A stretch of DNA of 59,847 bases, counting the filler. It is 6 parts of 6 records of this genome, joined end to end, with 100 filler letters (N's around TTAATTAATTAA, not from the genome) between each part and the next. Parts side by side here need not be neighbours in the genome. Positions count along the whole stretch, not along the records: positions 43,554 to 59,847 come from DRR723986_20586; 5 more parts are not named here. One strand, 5' to 3'. Below the pieces are notes generated by a model. That model was given only the letters and a program-made list of their open reading frames with translations. It was not told the origin of the DNA and made no database searches. This document shows positions 43,673-52,960 of the stretch, piece after piece (within the stretch, counting starts at the first letter, position 1; the number at the start of each line of letters is the position of its first letter). The translations under genes and the position numbers were made by a program.

Positions 43673-45085
43673 CTATTTGTTGCCTTTCGCACCGTTGGGG
43701 AGGTGGGTGGGGGCTCTTCTCTTCCCCTGGTGTGCCTGAGCCGACTGGCTATGCCCCTGAAGCGGGCACGGACCTGTCCGGCACCATGCCGCCTCCAGAA
43801 CAGGGAGCGTTCCGGCACGTTTCAGCTCGTAATACTTGGTTCTCCCGATGCCGAGCTTTTCCCAAGGCTTGTCACGGGAGGCGTTGTTCTTTGCCAGGTA
43901 TTCCCCCCGCGACAGGGCACCATTGTCGGACCGGCGCTGCCGCTCCACCTCCGCCTTGCGGCGTTTTCTTTCCTGATCGGGAATGACCTGCTGCAGACCG
44001 AGATTGCGCGCCATTTCCGGTGTGACTCCCAGGCCCTCGGCAATCGTCGCGCCCTTGTAGTGGTATCGCCCGTCACTCCAAACAGAGTTCGTTCTGACAA
44101 GCCTGGCCTTTTCCTCCGCTTGCCTGGCGATCGCGTTAATTTCGCCAGGCTTTAGGCCTGACGTTGCCATTTCCGCCGCCTTCTGCACCTCCCCTTCGAT
44201 GTCGGTGACATCGGGAATGTGCGTGAGACAGGTCGCGTGGAAATGCAGCCACGTGTTACGCAGGCCGGTCGGGATCACGCCGCCATTGGCTTTCCGAAAG
44301 ATCTCCAGGTCATCAAGGATCAATTGGAAGCGCCGTGATTGGGTCAGTCCCCTGGGCATCGCTGTGCCAGCACGCTTCCGTGTCTTCTTCTGCTTTTTGC
44401 GCTCTTCCAGTTCGGACCGGGTTGGTCTACCGTTGGCCCGGTAGATCTGGTCCGACAGGACATCGAAGCGATATCGATCTCCGGTGCCACCGGAAACACG
44501 GACCACCTTACCGGATTTTTCGTTGACGGTATCTGGAATGCGGAAAATCCGCGTTGCATCCTTGCAGGCCTTGTCCGCCCCGTAAGATGCTGAGAGCTCA
44601 ATCAAGTCACGCATTGCCCCCTGCCACCGCTTGAGCGCCGAAATCGGGGTTTCTTCGATCAGCCAGATCGCAGCGATGCCCCGGCCGGTATGCATGAAAA
44701 CGGAGGGCTGCGGCATGTCGGAAATCAGCAGGTGCGCCGAATACGCGGCCTGCACTTCATCCTGGGATTTACCGCGCCATCGCGGAGCATCGAAATAGTC
44801 GAGGTCGACATAGAGGGCATTAAGAGCGGCAAGCGACTTGCCTCTTCGTCCCTTCCAAAACCGGTTGAGGGTGAGAAAGCTCGAATGATCGAGAAACAAT
44901 GGCATCTGCATGATCATGCCGGCGTGGCCGAGGGAATGGTTTTCCACTTCATTCCGCCCGAGTTTGCACATTACCGCGGCCCGCCCCCGAGAGCCCTCGG
45001 GGTGCAGTAAGCTGTAATAATCCTCCGCAGAGAGGTCGGAAATCTGGTCGAGCGGGGCGAATTCGCTGGGATCTGAATGCTTCAT
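43673..45085 (-). CDS. Plasmid replication initiator (primase-like Rep with C-terminal HTH)
   Basis: ALYVDLD, TGRG.AAIW, D.ACKDATRIFRIPDT.N.KSG primase-type motifs; C-terminal KPWEKLGIGRTKYY HTH. Confidence 0.75.
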   Translation of the reverse strand: MKHSDPSEFAPLDQISDLSAEDYYSLLHPEGSRGRAAVMCKLGRNEVENHSLGHAGMIMQMPLFLDHSSFLTLNRFWKGRRGKSLAALNALYVDLDYFDAPRWRGKSQDEVQAAYSAHLLISDMPQPSVFMHTGRGIAAIWLIEETPISALKRWQGAMRDLIELSASYGADKACKDATRIFRIPDTVNEKSGKVVRVSGGTGDRYRFDVLSDQIYRANGRPTRSELEERKKQKKTRKRAGTAMPRGLTQSRRFQLILDDLEIFRKANGGVIPTGLRNTWLHFHATCLTHIPDVTDIEGEVQKAAEMATSGLKPGEINAIARQAEEKARLVRTNSVWSDGRYHYKGATIAEGLGVTPEMARNLGLQQVIPDQERKRRKAEVERQRRSDNGALSRGEYLAKNNASRDKPWEKLGIGRTKYYELKRAGTLPVLEAAWCRTGPCPLQGHSQSAQAHQGKRRAPTHLPNGAKGNK

Positions 45086-45194
45086 CCCAGGGAATTATTT
45101 CCCTCGCGGAGATCACGGAAAAAATCGGCTTGAATTTGTTTTCAGGCTGGAAATCTGGCCGGACACGAGCTCGGCCCAAGGCTCTCATCGACTT

Positions 45195-45300
45195 TCAAAC
45201 AAACCGACCCTACTTACATACAAACAAACAAACTTTCCGAGGTTTCAAACTTACAAACACACTCACAAACTTACTGACATTAATTACTTTTCAAACCTCT
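45195..45300 (+). repeat. CAAA/TTAC short-period repeat array between divergent rep and kfrA
   Basis: TTTCAAAC, ACAAAC and CTTAC units reiterated in an AT-rich tract. Confidence 0.55.
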
Positions 45301-45381
45301 GAAAAAGTTCGAAAGTTTGTTTTCCCATTTTCAGAAACGCACCCACGTCCCTCCTGCAGTCACAGAAAACAGGAGTATGAC

Positions 45382-46008
45382 ATGCCTCGCCCACCCATCC
45401 ATTCCGACCAGAAGATCATCGATGTCGGCGAAACTCTGGCGTCACAACTCGGCCGTGAGATCACAGCGACCGACATCCACAAGGCATTTGACGGCAAAGG
45501 CAACTTTTCCAGGATCCGCAAGGTCTGGGAAAACCACCTTGCTACGAAAGATGTGGAGCAGCCCGAGGAGTTTCCGCTGCCGGATGATGTTCAGTCGCAG
45601 ATCAGCGACGGGACCAGCGCTCTCGAGAAAGCCATGCATGGCATGGTTCAGGGCCTGATAGCCCGAATGACCGACCAGAATGTCCGGCAGTTCGCTCTCA
45701 AGGAGCGTGATTTCGCCATGCTTGAGGTCGAACATGCATCGAGGGTGCAGGTTCTGGAGGCTGAGGTCGCATACCTGACAGAATGCTTGGATCAGTATGA
45801 AGCCGAGGAGGAGATCACCGAGACCGAGGCCCCTGAAACCGCACCACCTGCTGCGTCAGCACCGGCTCCGGCTGCGGCCGCCCTGGCGGCGGTTCGTAAG
45901 TCTCCAAATCGACCTCGGAAGCAAATTCATCCGGTGCCTCGCAAGATGTCTCGTTCGAAGGCGCCTGCGCCGAAGAAATCGCCAGTTCCCACATCGAAGC
46001 CGACCTGA
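45382..46008 (+). CDS. KfrA-like plasmid DNA-binding coiled-coil protein
   Basis: AGGAG RBS; N-terminal SDQKIIDVGETL..G.EIT..DIH..GKGNFSRIRKVW (KfrA_N-like), then coiled coil. Confidence 0.7.
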   Translation: MPRPPIHSDQKIIDVGETLASQLGREITATDIHKAFDGKGNFSRIRKVWENHLATKDVEQPEEFPLPDDVQSQISDGTSALEKAMHGMVQGLIARMTDQNVRQFALKERDFAMLEVEHASRVQVLEAEVAYLTECLDQYEAEEEITETEAPETAPPAASAPAPAAAALAAVRKSPNRPRKQIHPVPRKMSRSKAPAPKKSPVPTSKPT

Positions 46009-47031
46009 CACTGTCGAATTGGGCGGAGGCCTCGACGGTGGCCTCCGCTTCCGCAGCAGTCTTTGCTTCCTGAAGCCGGCGTTTTTCAGCGTCGGCTTTC
46101 TCCTTTCGCTCGGCTTCCCGTTCGCGGGCGATCCTGGCGGATTCCGTCTGCCGGTCCTTTTCGCGCTGCAAAGCCCGCAATTCAAGCCAGGTGCGCCAGA
46201 GCTCATCATTGTGCTCTTGGATTTCAGCCCTGCGTTGCCCTGCCTTGCTGGTGTCGTTCCCATTCTCTTCAAGACGGCGTGATCTTTCGGCCAGGCGTGG
46301 GCCCAGATGATCCTGAGAGATAAGGCCCATCGGGCATCCCCGGCTTTGGCCATGTCTTCATAAGAACGCAGATCGACTCGCGCCGGCGAGCCGATCCGTT
46401 TCAGCGCTGCATTGGTCCTTTTCTCCCATTCCCCCCGAATTCGAAGGATCTCCTGGGGGCCGGTCTTCTTGTCATCCAGCACCCTGGTCTTGGCGCCGAA
46501 TGCGCCGGTCTCCGAGCATACCTCGCGGGTCGTCATCAAGAAATGGCCATGAAAATTCCGGTTGGTCCGCGTCGGATCGAAAAGAACATCCATGTATTCC
46601 TGCTGATCCATGGCCAGTTTGCTGGCGATGTGAAGCCGCTCTTCATCTCGGTTCAAGAACCTGGGCGCATGGATGTCGGCCTGCACTGCGACGCCGCATT
46701 CATCACGCAGCCACAGCGAAAATCCACGAACAAGCCTGATCTGTTCGGCAAGCGGTAGCTCGGCCGGCAGAGAGGGGCGCAGTTCCCTGATGACCCGGGC
46801 ATTGCACCGGGTCTCGGCCTTTTCTGCTGCATTCCATAGGGCTTCGGCGCCGCCCGCCCAGTTGATGAGTTCATGCGAAAGGAGGCCGCCATGTTTGCAG
46901 GAACGAAATCTCTGCCCCAACCGCTCGTCACGGTAGGACGAGCGCGCTGTATAGGCAGCGGATTTGACGGCGCTCCGGCCATCGGCCCGAGAATGAATGA
47001 CAACTTCAAGTCGGCTTGCTGGATGTATCAT
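45815..47031 (-). pseudogene. mobA: MobA/MobL (MOBQ) relaxase with a frameshift near 46333
   Basis: SRADGRSAVKSAAY, LWNAAEKAE, SLPAEL, DIHAP, NFHGHFLMTTR, RVDLRSY. The expected Q.HLGP motif and coiled tail continue in another frame (45815-46330). Confidence 0.8.
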
Positions 47032-47084
47032 GAAGAGGAAGTCGGTCCCGAAACCGAATTCCGCTCCAAAAAAGCCCGCTGCAA

Positions 47085-47120
47085 GCGCGCAGGAAAACTT
47101 CAGTTTGCGTAACTGCGCGC
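47085..47120 (+). promoter_or_regulatory. Putative MOBQ oriT/nic site
   Basis: Imperfect inverted repeat followed by TAACTGCGCGC (MOBQ consensus TAAGTGCG^CCC), between divergent mobA and mobC in the RSF1010 orientation. Confidence 0.65.
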
Positions 47121-47241
47121 ACGCACATGAATTCGTGCGAAGGGGCGTCCAGAAAGGCCCCCGGGAAAGTTCTTCATTTTTTCACGAGCGATCCATGCCC
47201 TGAGGCCTCATTTCCTCTCCGAAAGAAAATCGGAGAACATC

Positions 47242-47508
47242 ATGTCCTATGCAAAGCAATTGGAAAAACTGGAGAAGGAAAACGCTCAGGCTAAAGAGAG
47301 GGTGAAAGATCTGGGGGCGAGAAAAAGAAAGCTCATGAGGAAAGCCGATGTGCGCCGCAAAATCCTCTATGGGGTCGCCGTACTCGCCCTACTCAAGAAT
47401 CTGCCAGAGCACAAACGGCAAGCGACACTGAGCCGCCTGCATGAAAAGATCAACAAGAAGACGGATCGAGAATTTCTTGGTTTGCCAGTGATCGACAGTG
47501 TCGGCTGA
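47242..47508 (+). CDS. Mobilization accessory protein (MobC/MobS-like)
   Basis: RKADVRRKILYG..L..DREFLGL; divergent from mobA. Confidence 0.75.
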   Translation: MSYAKQLEKLEKENAQAKERVKDLGARKRKLMRKADVRRKILYGVAVLALLKNLPEHKRQATLSRLHEKINKKTDREFLGLPVIDSVG

Positions 47509-47653
47509 AAAAGTTGACGATGCTTGCATAAGACGTGAGTTCCACCCTTAACGGCAAGATCAGTCGCCACAAGGCGATCGGATACTTGCAGAAGTCGGTG
47601 GCCCTGACACAATCTTTCAGAGCACATGGGCTGTGAGCCTCCCAAACTGAGCC

Positions 47654-48058
47654 TCAGCCCGAAAATTCAGTTTTCGCGGTGGCTTTCTCGGCTTCGTACT
47701 GCATTCTTTCGTGGGCGCTTCCAAAGCGTGGTTTCTCGTAAAGTTCTAAAAAGTACTCGGTGCCACCGCCATCCGCGAACATCTCAGCTCCGTTGTCATA
47801 TGTTGGTAGACTTTTTACTTTCGCACGCATTTTCTCCAGTACGTGCTTCAGCTCGAATTTGTGTTCGTTGATTACCGCGACATCCCAAAGGCCAATTTCA
47901 ACGTCGCTAACAACGTGGGTGTAGAAGATGATCTCACCGGGGGGCTCATCATCGAATTCGTGTGTACAAGGGTAGAGCTCTGCGATTGCTGCACACCATG
48001 CCGCGATTTTTCTGAGATCCGAGATTGTAGCTTTGTTTACACATTCAAAATCCATCAA
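47654..48058 (-). CDS. Hypothetical cargo protein (134 aa)
   Basis: AGGA RBS and globular composition; no motif recognised. Confidence 0.55.
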   Translation of the reverse strand: MMDFECVNKATISDLRKIAAWCAAIAELYPCTHEFDDEPPGEIIFYTHVVSDVEIGLWDVAVINEHKFELKHVLEKMRAKVKSLPTYDNGAEMFADGGGTEYFLELYEKPRFGSAHERMQYEAEKATAKTEFSG

Positions 48059-48443
48059 GAATTCCTATTCACCAGACGAGGCCAGACGCTCTCACTGGTG
48101 GTTCAATACATTTCTTGCTCAGAAAGACTTGTAGTACTGAATGGCTGTCCATCCGTGTTCCTCTTTGGTTAGCTGCGGGTTCGCAACGCTCACCAAGTAG
48201 GTTGGCCTTTTTCGAGAGTTCCGAAGAGAAACGAGAAAATCGGTGGGGACCTTCGGCACTGAACCTCCTGCATGACAAAATCACAAGGAAAGGGACTCTT
48301 GAATAGGCTTGAGGTATTGATACATCCAATCAACACTTGGGTGTTTTAGGCTTTTCTTCAGTTTAGGCAGGCATTTGCTCCAAAGTGCCTATCGCCGAAA
48401 ATTTGCGGATATAGGATTTGAAAAAAAGGGTTGTGAGGTTTTT

Positions 48444-49952
48444 ATGAAAGACGATTGTTCCGATTTTGCGCAATGGACCAAAGTGGGCAAACTTGGTGGT
48501 CTTGATCCTCTGGGGATGCTTACACCAATCGAAAACTGCTATGGACAACTCTTGCCGGGCTTGACGTCGGTAACAGTGCGATATCGCTACTATTCGTTTT
48601 TCAGCTGGTGGATAGACGAATACACCAAAGATGGCGCATCCAGTTCTGCAAGCAAATTTGAAGAACACTTGCGCAGAGGCGAAGCTCTGATTGCACTCAT
48701 CACAGTCTTTGCTCAGGGCAATATCGAAGGTGTTGAGACAACATCGGGCGTTGCAGGTTCTGAGTGGGCTGCACGAGAGATCTCTGCCAGCGGCGATATG
48801 ATTGACTTCACGATCGCAACTTCGCTGGAAACTCCCAAAGGTGAAGGAAAGCGATACCTTGATGTCCTCGCATATAGCGCCGCCTATGGCTCACAGTTGA
48901 TTGAAATCGGCCTGATGTCTCGTCTTGAAGGCTATAGCCTGATCTCCCCCAAGCCGTTGGGTAGTGCTCTTGCAGACGCCTATAGAGAAACCAACACGGG
49001 AGAGAACCTTCATCTTTTTAAGCAATGCGCTGCAAAAGGCAAAGCAAGCAAAAACGACCTACTGAAAATGGCAATCATGCGCTTGTCTTTCCTGCCGAGT
49101 GAGTGTCGTGAGAGGTTCTTCTTGAGAGATTTGCTAATGGGACGCTTCTCAGAGGGAGGCGAGACACGCGCCGAAACAATGAAGGAGATCATGATCGCCG
49201 CAAAAAACTTAGGCAAGGTTCCCACACAAGACGATCTAAGGTGGCTTTGGTTTGACGGTGATATAGGTGACGATCATCCACACCGTGAGTGTCGGCTGGC
49301 ATGGCAATACTATCAGGTCGGTGACAGCCTAAGGGTTTGCATGGAAGCAATACTCTTCTTGTCCGTTCGTGCCATTTCAGATGCTGGTGACAACCTCAGG
49401 CCTCAAGATGTTTTGTTCAGACTGGTTGAGGGTATTCCCGATGACCTTTGTCTGCGGGATTTCTTTCTTTCTTTGAACTTTACCAATGAGGATAAAACCT
49501 CAGCCGATCTGAGTCAGTCTGCAATCGAAGCACGCGGACCGGCTGATGACATTCTTCCCCTCATGGCACGTCTTTACGGGAGATGGTCCGAACGAATTGA
49601 CGAACTTGCTCAAGTCTATCCTGAGTCCGACCGGTTTTCGACACCGGTTGCCTGCCTTCGCTTCCTGAAGGAAAGGGAAAATGACAGTGCCAAACAGGTG
49701 CTTGCACAGTTCATTCTGGAGAAGGTCATCCGCCAACATCTTTGGATCGCCACACGCAAAATGCACACCCAAGGAAACTTTACATATGTACTGGAATTTG
49801 AGGATGGGAGGCTCTCCGATCGAAGAGCTGGTGACACTGGATCCAGCGGGCCCCGCACCGCCATTGCAACAAGGTTTTTGCAAGAAGTTGGCCTGATTGA
49901 CGAAAACGGCATTACCACCGCTGGTGAAGAGGAAATATCCAATGCGGCATGA
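48444..49952 (+). CDS. Uncharacterised 'DPLG' protein (DUF6361-like N-terminus), candidate defence component
   Basis: GAGG RBS; LDPLG..LLPGLTSVT.RYRYYSFFSW; stop overlaps the next start. Confidence 0.7.
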   Translation: MKDDCSDFAQWTKVGKLGGLDPLGMLTPIENCYGQLLPGLTSVTVRYRYYSFFSWWIDEYTKDGASSSASKFEEHLRRGEALIALITVFAQGNIEGVETTSGVAGSEWAAREISASGDMIDFTIATSLETPKGEGKRYLDVLAYSAAYGSQLIEIGLMSRLEGYSLISPKPLGSALADAYRETNTGENLHLFKQCAAKGKASKNDLLKMAIMRLSFLPSECRERFFLRDLLMGRFSEGGETRAETMKEIMIAAKNLGKVPTQDDLRWLWFDGDIGDDHPHRECRLAWQYYQVGDSLRVCMEAILFLSVRAISDAGDNLRPQDVLFRLVEGIPDDLCLRDFFLSLNFTNEDKTSADLSQSAIEARGPADDILPLMARLYGRWSERIDELAQVYPESDRFSTPVACLRFLKERENDSAKQVLAQFILEKVIRQHLWIATRKMHTQGNFTYVLEFEDGRLSDRRAGDTGSSGPRTAIATRFLQEVGLIDENGITTAGEEEISNAA

Positions 49953-52284
49953 TCGCAGTTTTCGAGCTTCTGGCTATCATAGTGCGTTTCTTACCAGCTT
50001 CTCTTTTGACCCGATGGTTTTTGAAAATGTTGTTTTGCTGAACCTCAGACGCGGTAAATGCAGAAACATTTCTGTTCTCGCAGATGGGCGAATGGCACGA
50101 AAATCCATCTCAGAAATGGGTGCCCCTAAACTGGCAGGTCTTGACTATCATCTGGCCCAAAAGGATATTCCCGGCGCGTTCCATCCAAAGATCACGATCC
50201 AGTTAGGCCACAAAAATGGACGCCTGATGGTTGGATCAGGGAATCTGACCACATCCGGACTTGCCGGGAACCTCGAAACACTATCGGACTTGAAGTTTGG
50301 CGGTGAGGATTTGGAGGCAGCACCTCTGGTCGCGGCAGCTCTTGAATATTTTGAAGCCCAAGTTGATCCATCAGACCGTGCAATGATGCAGTCATTGCAG
50401 CGAGCGCGAGCACAATCTCCTTGGCTAAAGTCTGTGAGCGCACAAAGCATCCTCACCCTTCAAAGCGGCGAGCGTATCGGGTTTCTAACCGACACAGATG
50501 ACAGTGGCGTAGGTGACAAGTTTTTAGACTTCATTGGTGAAGATGAAATCTCAACACTTATCGTCGTGTCTCCATTCTGGGACCGAAACCTAGCAGGTAT
50601 CAAAAAGATCTGTGAACAATTAGGCAACCCCGAGCTTACGGTCGTTCCCGATCTCAAGTTTCAAGAATTTGACCAGGAAAGCCTCAACTCATTTGATCCC
50701 GTAAAGCTGTGCTCGCCCGAACCCCTTGGTGTCCATCGAGAGCGAAGACCACTGCATGCGAAAGTCATTGTCGCCAAAGGCCGCGACCGCGACTACGCCC
50801 TATCCGGAAGTATGAATGCAAGCGTTCCGGGACTATTCGGCAAAGGTAACAACGGCGGAAACTCGGAAGCGGCAATTGCAAGAACGATGCCCATCGGTGA
50901 GGCAATAGAAGTGCTCGGGCTCGAGCAGGTGCTACAAACACCATTGCTATACTCCGACCTGAAACCGAAGCCCAATCGGGAGAAGGATAAGGAAGATACC
51001 ACATCATTCTATCCGGGAGCCTTTGAAATCAGCGGAGGACAGATGGGTTTTGTGGCCGCGTCAGGCGTAAGGGCGACATCCATAGAAGTGTTTGGTCGCA
51101 CTGAAACAAAAATTGCCGCATTTGATTGCCCCGAAGGAAGTGCAGCCCGAGTGACCTTACCCGCAGACATGACATCTGCTCCTCGATTCGCTGTCGCCGT
51201 CAAAGAAAGCGGAGAAAGATCTTGTCTCGTTCCGATCATTTCTCTTGCCGATCTTGACCATGCCTCTCGACCTTCAGCATCCAATCGTGATCTGGCCATT
51301 CTTCGTGGTTTGGAGGAGTCAGGCAGGGTTTCAGATGAGGTCCTTGAGCTTTTAGAGAGAATGGGCGGCTTACGCGGGCCGGTCGAACTCCCTCCCAAGC
51401 GAAGTGGCCCTACCGGCGGTTCTTCACCTGGTTCTGATGATGAGGAAATAGAAACGCACCTCACCAAAGATGAAATCGAAAGGTTGATGCGCGAAAACGA
51501 TGAGGGAAAAGCACTTCGAGAAATCGGAACTCTCGACGAAATCCGCCGTTCAATGAACCGAACGTTGGATATTGTGCGCGCTCAAGAGGACCAAGGCACC
51601 TCAGAAGAACGCATTGCGGGAATTGATCTGCATATTTCCGATGCAGACCTTGAAGAGGGCAAAGGTCAAACTCCCGAAGACGAGGAAAATGACACAAGCG
51701 ATGAATTCGAGCAGAAAAAACCTCAAGATAAGCCGATTGTATCAGCTTCAGAGCGCCAAAACTCGATCAAAATCGAAGAGCGTCTGACGAAAACTGGAGA
51801 TGCTCTCGTTGGCCTCTTTGAACTGCTTGAACCAGGCAGGTTGCCGATGGGTCAAGCTTTGGTCCTTCGCGCATTCATAATGGCCACGATTGGCGCCGCC
51901 GCTAAACACTCTGCCAGCCAGAGATACCCCTTACCGCCATTGACCAACAAAGCTAAACAACCAGGTGGTTGGGTGCGATTGACAGGCCGAATTTTGTCTA
52001 AGTACCTGGACAAGTGGTGTGCGCCGGAATTCCTTGAGCGCGAGCACAAGGACTATGAGTTGGAAGCGTTTGCCCTGTTGATAAATGCAGGGTCTCTTTG
52101 GATGGAGTGCGCCCGACGCTCTGGCATTGGCGAGCCTGTGATTTGCGTCTTCCAACAGACATACACGACCTATGCCAAAGCTCTTGAAGGCACCGCGACA
52201 ATGCGGGAATCCGATAGGATTTACATCGAAACCTGTACCAATCGCTATGCCGCACAGGAGGATTTTGTACGACTAAAAGGATAG
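49942..52284 (+). CDS. Phospholipase D-superfamily protein with two HxK motifs (probable nuclease) and a long acidic/helical C-terminus
   Basis: TSFSFD, FHPK..VGSGNLT, VSPFWD, LHAK..SGSMNAS..NSEA; 11-nt overlap with the upstream gene. Confidence 0.8.
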   Translation: MRHDRSFRASGYHSAFLTSFSFDPMVFENVVLLNLRRGKCRNISVLADGRMARKSISEMGAPKLAGLDYHLAQKDIPGAFHPKITIQLGHKNGRLMVGSGNLTTSGLAGNLETLSDLKFGGEDLEAAPLVAAALEYFEAQVDPSDRAMMQSLQRARAQSPWLKSVSAQSILTLQSGERIGFLTDTDDSGVGDKFLDFIGEDEISTLIVVSPFWDRNLAGIKKICEQLGNPELTVVPDLKFQEFDQESLNSFDPVKLCSPEPLGVHRERRPLHAKVIVAKGRDRDYALSGSMNASVPGLFGKGNNGGNSEAAIARTMPIGEAIEVLGLEQVLQTPLLYSDLKPKPNREKDKEDTTSFYPGAFEISGGQMGFVAASGVRATSIEVFGRTETKIAAFDCPEGSAARVTLPADMTSAPRFAVAVKESGERSCLVPIISLADLDHASRPSASNRDLAILRGLEESGRVSDEVLELLERMGGLRGPVELPPKRSGPTGGSSPGSDDEEIETHLTKDEIERLMRENDEGKALREIGTLDEIRRSMNRTLDIVRAQEDQGTSEERIAGIDLHISDADLEEGKGQTPEDEENDTSDEFEQKKPQDKPIVSASERQNSIKIEERLTKTGDALVGLFELLEPGRLPMGQALVLRAFIMATIGAAAKHSASQRYPLPPLTNKAKQPGGWVRLTGRILSKYLDKWCAPEFLEREHKDYELEAFALLINAGSLWMECARRSGIGEPVICVFQQTYTTYAKALEGTATMRESDRIYIETCTNRYAAQEDFVRLKG

Positions 52285-52762
52285 TCAAGTCGCAAAGCTT
52301 TTTTAAAGAATTCTAAGGGCTATTCAACCTGTCGAATTGGGAATGGACCGATGGCGTTCAATTTCAGTCAAAAAAAGTCGGGCGTGATATCTGGCTCGCC
52401 TTCACAAATTTCCCTGGCGACACAACCGCTGTTGCTACCTTGCAAGGCAATGCGCAAACTGGCCGAGTGATGACTGAGGATGTTGATCGACTGGTGCCGT
52501 CAGACAAAGGAGAGCGTGTTCTCGTCATTGATGAGACTGGTCTTTGCTAAGTCGGATGTCAGTTTATCTGGGATAACCTTCGGCAACCGGGCCGTGCAGC
52601 AGGAAGACACGTACAACCGCTTTTGGGAAACCGCTTCGCAGCATGCGAACGATAACGAACGGCGGCAGTGGGCCGTTCGCGTGACTTTGCAAAGTACACT
52701 TCCTACGCGTATCTGACCTTCGGACGTTAAGTCGGAGTTTTCGCGGTCCAGCCCATGAGAGG

Positions 52763-52818
52763 TGTCTGCTATCAGCCCAAAGCGGACATGGCTTTTCTAC
52801 CGGTCTGGGCGGAGAGCT
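52763..52818 (+). repeat. Left arm of the composite inverted repeat flanking the SEFIR gene
   Basis: TGTCTGCTATCAGCCCAAAGCGGACATG-N18-GCGGAGAGCT. Confidence 0.65.
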
Positions 52819-52960
52819 GCCATTCGATGCACCTTACAACGATTTCCGTTTACGCGGTTAGCGGGCTTTGCTAGGTCGCGTGAACGGTCCAAATTCACTG
52901 GAACCGCTTCAACCTAAGCGGTAGAGTGAAAAACGTTAAACTTGAGCAGGAGCGTTTGTT

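Noticed and set aside
52289-52716. Third gene (e.g. helicase) of the DPLG-PLD operon
   Set aside because: Only short broken frames with no recognisable motif; at most an unidentifiable gene remnant.
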